In this document: positions 57,281-63,025 of the stretch, piece by piece
Layout of the letters: the number at the start of each line of letters is the position of its first letter
Position numbering within the stretch: the first letter of the stretch is position 1
Assembly: GCA_030747505.1 (NCBI GenBank)
Contig: JASLKQ010000005.1
Span: 1-63,025, forward strand
Length of the DNA stretch: 63,025 nucleotides
DNA from: Verrucomicrobiota bacterium
GTDB lineage: Bacteria > Verrucomicrobiota > Verrucomicrobiia > Limisphaerales > UBA1100
Direction of reading: 5' to 3'
Made by a program: the position numbers and the translations under genes
The notes under the pieces: model-generated
Databases searched by the model: none
Seen by the model: the letters and a program-made list of their open reading frames with translations, nothing else
Told to the model about the DNA's origin: nothing

Positions 57281-60200
57281 TTAATCGTTCAAAAACGTAG
57301 CATCCTTTGACTTCAAACGCATCGCTTTTGGTAAAGCCTTAGCATCGAGACGGATAACAATTCGGTGTATACCGGGTTTTAGTTCCGCGGTGAATTGATT
57401 GCCGCGCTTAAGCGGCTTCCCATCAATCCATGCCTCGGTCTGGAGCTCGTCTGGAATCTTAAAGGTGATTAAGCCAGCTTTCTGGACTTCAAATTTAGTT
57501 CCGGCAAATACATGCACCAGCCCCACATGTCGACCAACAGCCGTAACCTCGGTAATATCCTCCGCCGGCAAATCCCCGTTCACGCGCGTGGGCACCAGTT
57601 TCCAGCCAGCATTATTGCCGGCTCCCAGAACATGATTGGACCACTTTTTTTCAAAGTCTTCCTGCACAATCTTTTCGATGCCGTACTGCTCCACGCGATG
57701 GGTTCCGGGAAGCAAGCGCCAGGTTCGTGCCACACCGGTTTTGGTCGCGTCAAACGGACCTGCCTTACCCAGCTCGGCGAGGAAACGGTAAAGATCGAGC
57801 TGTTCTTTTTCGGTCAGACTCAGAATCAGTGCCGGCGGCATAAGTGACTGTCCATTAATTTTCCTTTTCACCTGATTGCGGGGAATGGAAATCAGTTTAT
57901 CAGCCGCATCACGAATCACAATTTCCGCACCAGTCTGGCTTACCTGTACGCCCACCAGCGAACGGTTGTCCTTTGTTTCCACGACCACTGAATGATAGCC
58001 TTCCTTGATCTTGCGGTTCGGATAAAGAATGGACTCGATCAAATAATCTGGCTGCGCACTGGTTCCGATGGAGGTGAAATCCGGCCCCACCTTCCCGCCT
58101 GCTCCACCAATGGCGTGACATACCGTGCAGGCCAGCGCCTTGCGACGGTAGACTTTCTCACCAGCAAAGGGATCACCCTCTTTCATGACGCGGGCGGCCA
58201 ACGCCTTGAGCTCGCCGGCATTCATCTGCTTGGTTAATAGTGAAATATTTTGCGAACGCGCCAAGGCTTCCACCAACACCTTTTCATTTCGACCGCCTTC
58301 GCGTGCCGCCCGCAGACCGGCACTGGCCACAGGCTTGGACAACTGTACGCCAGCCAGACCACCGGCGAGGAGACTCCCTGCTCCCCGGTTACTAAGCAGC
58401 CCGCGCCAAAGTTCAAGAGCGCTATTGGTGTCCTTGGTGTCCCTGAGTACAGCATAAACCTCGTTGAGTGAACCTTTGAGGTTGAATCGGCCCAAAGAAC
58501 GGGCGGCAGCCTGACGAATCTCCAAAGGCTTATCTGCAGCAGCAAGTTTCTTGAGGCCATTCAATACTTTGGACCCGCGAATCTGTACGAGGCTATCAAA
58601 GGCCACTCCACTACCCTCTGCGGCAATCACCAGCAAGGGCTCCACCAACTCAGCCCGTTTCCAAGTGCCCGCCAACTGAACAGCAAAGTTACGAGTAGCA
58701 TCATTATCTGTCTTGATAAACCTCCCCACACCGCCAAGGTCACCGACTGGGCGAACATTCCGCAGAGAAGCCGCACGTGCCAGGGCGGACAAAACACGGG
58801 GATACACATCAGGCTCAAAACCTCCTTCTCGGAGTTGTTTGTACATAAGGGCGAGCTCGCCCGCCCCACCCGCAGCACCAACCAGTTCAATTAATGGTCC
58901 CGCCCCATCAGCAGGCAACTTGCGTTGGCGCACAAGCTGACCGATAAGGGATGCCGCCTGGTTGGGCGGCATCGAGCGCAAAGCAAACTCGGCATGGGCA
59001 ATCTTATCCTTGAAATTAAGCGCACCATTCTGCATGCCACGCACAAAGGGTTCGGCCAGATCATTCATGGTAAGCCACAGGCCGTAATCGAGAAATTTGT
59101 CCATTGGCTGATCAAGGGCCTGCAGGGCATATTGGGCATACTGATGCGCAGCAGCCGAATCCTTCATTTCGGCATACACACGCATGGCCTCTAAACGGAC
59201 TCGAGGATGCTCATCACGGATACCAGCAGCGGCGTGTAATTGGGTAGTATTCAGACGGTCATGCCAATGGGCTAAAACACGCATGGCTGCCGCACGAACA
59301 CGTGCGTCATTAGCCTCAAGGGTAAGCATCAATAGCGAAGCGTTCACCACGTTAACTGCCTCGTGTAACCATAATGCCTCAAGTTGAGCCGTTTCATTTT
59401 CTCCATGGCGATCGAGCCATTTTTTTAGATCCTTCAATATCTTTGGACCACGCTCGTGCAATACTCTCCGAGCCTTGGCCTGATCGTATGCGTTTTCGGT
59501 CAACAGCGTGTCCATGAGAATCGTGTTTTTTTCCTTGGTGAAATCGCGTGGCTTTTGCAGTGAACGTCCCTTGAAGGTCACACGCCAGATACGGCCATGA
59601 ACCTTGTCGCGGCGTGGATCGCGAAAATCCACCTCACCATGCTGAATAATGGGGTTGGACCAATCGGCTATATACAGTGCCCCATCAGGGCCCTGTTTCA
59701 CATCGATTGGCCGGAAATGAGCACTACTACTGCGAATGAAATCGCCCAGATGCTCAGCAGCATAACCGGCACCATTCTCGGCAAGGTTAAACCGAACAAT
59801 ACGGTGCGCGCGAAAATCACAGGTAATGGCCTGCCCTTGAAAACCTTTGGGAAAATGTGGGCTTCTCAGAATCTCCAGTCCGGCAAATTTGGGATAATTA
59901 CCCGGGCTAATGGTATCCATTATCCGACGAGCCCCCGCATAGGTACGATACATTGCGCCAGGAATAGCGTAGCTGATCCCCTGAAAACCCGCTCCATCAG
60001 TAACAAAAGACTGCCCGTATCGATTAAAATGATGTCCCCAGGCATTTACCCAACCACGGTACTGGACACCTGCCTGCTGTGTATCAGGACGCAACCACAT
60101 CACACCGCCACTCTTGAGTCTTACCACCCCATGTGGAGTCTCCAGATGGCTGCGAATGTATATGGATTGGTTGAAGTAGAGTCGCCCATCGTGTCCCCAG

Positions 60201-61579
60201 CGAAGCGTGTGCAGCGTATGGTGGGTGTCCTCAGTACCAAAACCCGATAGCACAATGCGCTTTTCATCAGCCTTGCCATCACCATCGGTGTCCTTGAAGT
60301 GCAGCAACTCCGTGCTTTGCCCCACATAACACCCTCCATCACCAGGCTCCACCGCAGTGGGAATGAAAAGCCCTTCGGCAAACACCTTGGTCTGATCAGC
60401 CCTGCCATCACCATTGGTGTCGTGTAGAACGACAATTTTATCATTGGCAACCTGTCCCGGTTTCACCTGTGGATATACTTCGGAGGTAGCCACCCAGAGT
60501 CGACCTTGTGGGTCAAAATTCATCTGGATGGGTTTGGCCAATGAAGGATTTTCGGCAAAGAGTGTGATCTCGATCCCCTTCATGGTATCAAACTTCGGTA
60601 ATGGCTGTGGTGTGCGGATGGGTGCTTCCGGCTTGGCAATTGAGGGGGATGGCATTGGGCGAAGATCACGCCGAATGGCAATCTCCTTTTCCTTGGCAAT
60701 CACCAAGGGATCAAATCGGGGAATCTCCACGGCATTATTACCCTGCTCGCGTTTACGAAAGCCAAAAATATAGGCCATGTTTTGTGGTCGTGATCGATCG
60801 AAAAAAAGCTGATTCTTGCGCTCTATTAATGCGCGAAGCTGGGAGGCGGACGGAGTATTCACACGTAAATGCCTCTTCACACCAAGCTGGCGACATATCT
60901 CATTGGCTATTGTCCTATAACCATGATTAGTAGGGTGTATCCCATTTTCGGTAAGTGCCTTTTTTGCGGTCACCAAAGGCGGAGCATCAAAGAGCGAGAC
61001 AAATCGATCCCCTTCATTTTCAGCCATAACCCTTAACTCCTCGGTATAGGCAGCCAATTGTCGATTATGCACCGAGGGATCGGGCAACCCTTTCCCAAGA
61101 TGCTCGTGTCGAATTGGCGAAAGTACTACATACCGAATAGAAGAAGTGCCGGAGGCCTTGGCTATAGCTGCCTTGAGGGCACGTATATCTTTACCGAACT
61201 GCTCGGGCTGATTTTCATATGAGCTGGCCATCCCATAACCGAGAAAAACTACCGTTGGCTTTACCAATTCGATTTGTTTCTGCAGTTGCCTCCATCCTTC
61301 ACCAGCAGATTCGCGACCGGCTTGTAGCAGACTGAGCCCTGCACGCGACACTCCACGAGGGGTATCCCCACTCCAGCCAAGATTGCGAAAAGTAATATTC
61401 CGGTCTGGCCAAGCCGTTGTAAGATACAGTTCAAGGTGATTATATTCCTGCATACGCTCGATGAACGCATCCCCAAGGAAAGCAACCCTATCCCCGTCCT
61501 GAAGTTCGAAGGCAGCTGATTTCAAGGAACTCACACTGAAAATTTGTGCGACAATAAATACGTTAAAGAGAAGTCTCAT
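57281..61579 (-). CDS. PVC-type heme-binding CxxCH protein: SGNH-like + beta-propeller dehydrogenase-like + HEAT repeats + cytochrome c
   Basis: RNLGWSGD; LFAENP...KPIQMNFDPQGRLW; DTNGDGRAD repeats; FRPIDVKQGPDGALYIADW; HGRIWR; HEAT-like repeats; CTVCH...GPDFTSIG...MP. Confidence 0.9.
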   Translation of the reverse strand: MRLLFNVFIVAQIFSVSSLKSAAFELQDGDRVAFLGDAFIERMQEYNHLELYLTTAWPDRNITFRNLGWSGDTPRGVSRAGLSLLQAGRESAGEGWRQLQKQIELVKPTVVFLGYGMASSYENQPEQFGKDIRALKAAIAKASGTSSIRYVVLSPIRHEHLGKGLPDPSVHNRQLAAYTEELRVMAENEGDRFVSLFDAPPLVTAKKALTENGIHPTNHGYRTIANEICRQLGVKRHLRVNTPSASQLRALIERKNQLFFDRSRPQNMAYIFGFRKREQGNNAVEIPRFDPLVIAKEKEIAIRRDLRPMPSPSIAKPEAPIRTPQPLPKFDTMKGIEITLFAENPSLAKPIQMNFDPQGRLWVATSEVYPQVKPGQVANDKIVVLHDTNGDGRADQTKVFAEGLFIPTAVEPGDGGCYVGQSTELLHFKDTDGDGKADEKRIVLSGFGTEDTHHTLHTLRWGHDGRLYFNQSIYIRSHLETPHGVVRLKSGGVMWLRPDTQQAGVQYRGWVNAWGHHFNRYGQSFVTDGAGFQGISYAIPGAMYRTYAGARRIMDTISPGNYPKFAGLEILRSPHFPKGFQGQAITCDFRAHRIVRFNLAENGAGYAAEHLGDFIRSSSAHFRPIDVKQGPDGALYIADWSNPIIQHGEVDFRDPRRDKVHGRIWRVTFKGRSLQKPRDFTKEKNTILMDTLLTENAYDQAKARRVLHERGPKILKDLKKWLDRHGENETAQLEALWLHEAVNVVNASLLMLTLEANDARVRAAAMRVLAHWHDRLNTTQLHAAAGIRDEHPRVRLEAMRVYAEMKDSAAAHQYAQYALQALDQPMDKFLDYGLWLTMNDLAEPFVRGMQNGALNFKDKIAHAEFALRSMPPNQAASLIGQLVRQRKLPADGAGPLIELVGAAGGAGELALMYKQLREGGFEPDVYPRVLSALARAASLRNVRPVGDLGGVGRFIKTDNDATRNFAVQLAGTWKRAELVEPLLVIAAEGSGVAFDSLVQIRGSKVLNGLKKLAAADKPLEIRQAAARSLGRFNLKGSLNEVYAVLRDTKDTNSALELWRGLLSNRGAGSLLAGGLAGVQLSKPVASAGLRAAREGGRNEKVLVEALARSQNISLLTKQMNAGELKALAARVMKEGDPFAGEKVYRRKALACTVCHAIGGAGGKVGPDFTSIGTSAQPDYLIESILYPNRKIKEGYHSVVVETKDNRSLVGVQVSQTGAEIVIRDAADKLISIPRNQVKRKINGQSLMPPALILSLTEKEQLDLYRFLAELGKAGPFDATKTGVARTWRLLPGTHRVEQYGIEKIVQEDFEKKWSNHVLGAGNNAGWKLVPTRVNGDLPAEDITEVTAVGRHVGLVHVFAGTKFEVQKAGLITFKIPDELQTEAWIDGKPLKRGNQFTAELKPGIHRIVIRLDAKALPKAMRLKSKDATFLND

Positions 61580-61853
61580 GATCTAGTGATTCAATTTTGA
61601 TTTACCCATATCCAAAACTGGTAAGAAGTTACCTATTTATTGGTAACAGTTCGCAGCACGATCACCGATAGCGGCACCGTAAGTGATGCTGGCCCACGCA
61701 GGCAACTCGCGTGATGGATTCCGCAAAGCTAAAAAAAGTGCCAACGGAGAGAAAAATGCGCAAAAAGCCTGTTTCATAATGAAAAATGGTCACGAATCAA
61801 ACCGTTTTTGGCTTCCTCATGCAAGCAGTTTGAAAGAACGATAAACAGTTCTC

Positions 61854-62723
61854 ATGGCGATTAGGATTGAATATCCGGCCATTTATTGTACTGTTTTCCG
61901 CGTGACCTTTTTCTCCCACGCCCCGCCGGGCGTCCTAGGCGCATTGTCGTCTACTCCCGGCGAAAACACATTAGATTGGGTGGCCCTGCTGATGCTTGGT
62001 TTATTCCTGGGTATTCTTTTGGTCTCAGGTTGTTCTTTCTTTGTTACTCGAAGAAAAATTGCCCAAGCGGAGCGTGAAAAAGTAATGAGCCAACCCCCTA
62101 TACAGAAAATGATTCCCAGCAGCTTAAACTTACCTGAGCAATGGCTGGCCATCCGCAGTGGCAACGTAGCAGCGGTTCAGGAGACATTAGGACTATCCAA
62201 ACCAAGACGTTGTTCATGGGAGGACGGATTCGCTATTTCAGGGGTCGAAAGACTCTTTATTTCCCCACCGGTTAATGGCTGGATTCTCGTAGTCGGCCCA
62301 GCCCTCCCAGCGCCTGAAGAGGATGTTGATTTCTGTTTCCATTTTATCTGCCACATCAGCAAACGTTTAGGCCATGTGCAATACTTTAGCCTGAACAGTG
62401 CCTTGAGTCACCATTGCTGGGTACGCGCCCATACCGGTCGCATTGAGCGTGCTTATGCCTGGTGTGGAGAAACCCTATGGAACCAGGGAACCATTACGCC
62501 TGAGGAATCTGTATTGGGAATGGAATGTCATCAATATGGAGATTCCATTGAAAATTTGGATTTAAAACAAGTCAACCGCCTCAACAATAATACGGCTGAC
62601 ATATCGCAATTGGCCGCGCGCTGGAGCCTGAATCCCGCCGCACTCAAGTCGGATGTGTTTGCCAAAAGTGCAGGCATCACGGGCGAATTATTCCCCGCTG
62701 CCTCTGAAACCGAAACCGAGTAA
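61854..62723 (+). CDS. Membrane-anchored conserved hypothetical protein (start uncertain)
   Basis: Hydrophobic helix, then WLAIRS, FISPPVNGWILVVG and RAYAW...LWNQG motifs. Confidence 0.7.
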   Translation: MAIRIEYPAIYCTVFRVTFFSHAPPGVLGALSSTPGENTLDWVALLMLGLFLGILLVSGCSFFVTRRKIAQAEREKVMSQPPIQKMIPSSLNLPEQWLAIRSGNVAAVQETLGLSKPRRCSWEDGFAISGVERLFISPPVNGWILVVGPALPAPEEDVDFCFHFICHISKRLGHVQYFSLNSALSHHCWVRAHTGRIERAYAWCGETLWNQGTITPEESVLGMECHQYGDSIENLDLKQVNRLNNNTADISQLAARWSLNPAALKSDVFAKSAGITGELFPAASETETE

Positions 62724-62756
62724 CCGGCGTCCCCCGCGCCCAACCAGAATTTTAAT

Positions 62757-63025
62757 ATGTCATTTGAACTGGCACTCAAGGAGATTGAACCCACTTTTAC
62801 CACCGACGACGGCATCGAGGTGCAAATCCGGCCGCTGGAAGCCGGCGACGAAAAGGCCCTGCTCGGTTTTTTCAAAAACCTACCCGAACCGGAGGTCATG
62901 TTTTTCAAACGCCGCGTGCGCGATCCCGAAGTGATCAAGCAATGGTGTGAGAACATCGACCTTTATGCGCGACTGCCGCTGCTGGCCCTGCACGAAGGCA
63001 AGGTCATCGCCGTGGCCTCCCTCCT
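62757..63025 (+). CDS. GNAT N-acetyltransferase, 3' end runs off the window
   Basis: Not in the ORF track. ATG 62757 reads MSFELALKEIEPTFTTDDGIEVQIRPLEAGDEKALLGFFKNLPEPEVMFFKRRV...LPLLALHEGKVIAVASL. Confidence 0.8.
   Translation, partial: MSFELALKEIEPTFTTDDGIEVQIRPLEAGDEKALLGFFKNLPEPEVMFFKRRVRDPEVIKQWCENIDLYARLPLLALHEGKVIAVASL

Noticed and set aside
61809-61823. Possible sigma54 promoter TGGC...TGCA
   Set aside because: GG-GC spacing is 9 nt rather than the required 10.

Overview
Gene-dense bacterial chromosomal window. The gene content points to Verrucomicrobiota (PVC superphylum), by inference from DUF1501/PSD1 cytochrome loci and a PVC-type CxxCH protein. Housekeeping genes include pdxJ-acpS, glnD, lgt-rluD, pgk-tpiA-secG, an Opp peptide ABC importer, cutA, hom-thrC-lysC plus a deoxyhypusine-synthase-like gene, a dicarboxylate symporter, eno and a DksA/TraR protein. 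I found no rRNA, tRNA, CRISPR array or transposase/integrase. The best candidate for an undescribed system is a tightly coupled 8-gene minus-strand operon (21098-33787): ABC permease, three SPFH/HflK-HflC-like proteins, a P1B-type ATPase that lacks the canonical metal-binding CPC motif (SPV instead), then a PilH-like ABC ATPase, a second permease and a PilG/XapA-like helical protein. A FHA-Ser/Thr kinase-TM-LRR receptor is transcribed divergently from it. Other notable items are a signal-peptide SAM methyltransferase with a LysM domain inserted inside its LKPGG motif, a comEC remnant, a Pro/Ala tandem-repeat gene missing from the ORF track, and many apparently leaderless promoters. All family assignments are by visual motif recognition; no database searches were run.
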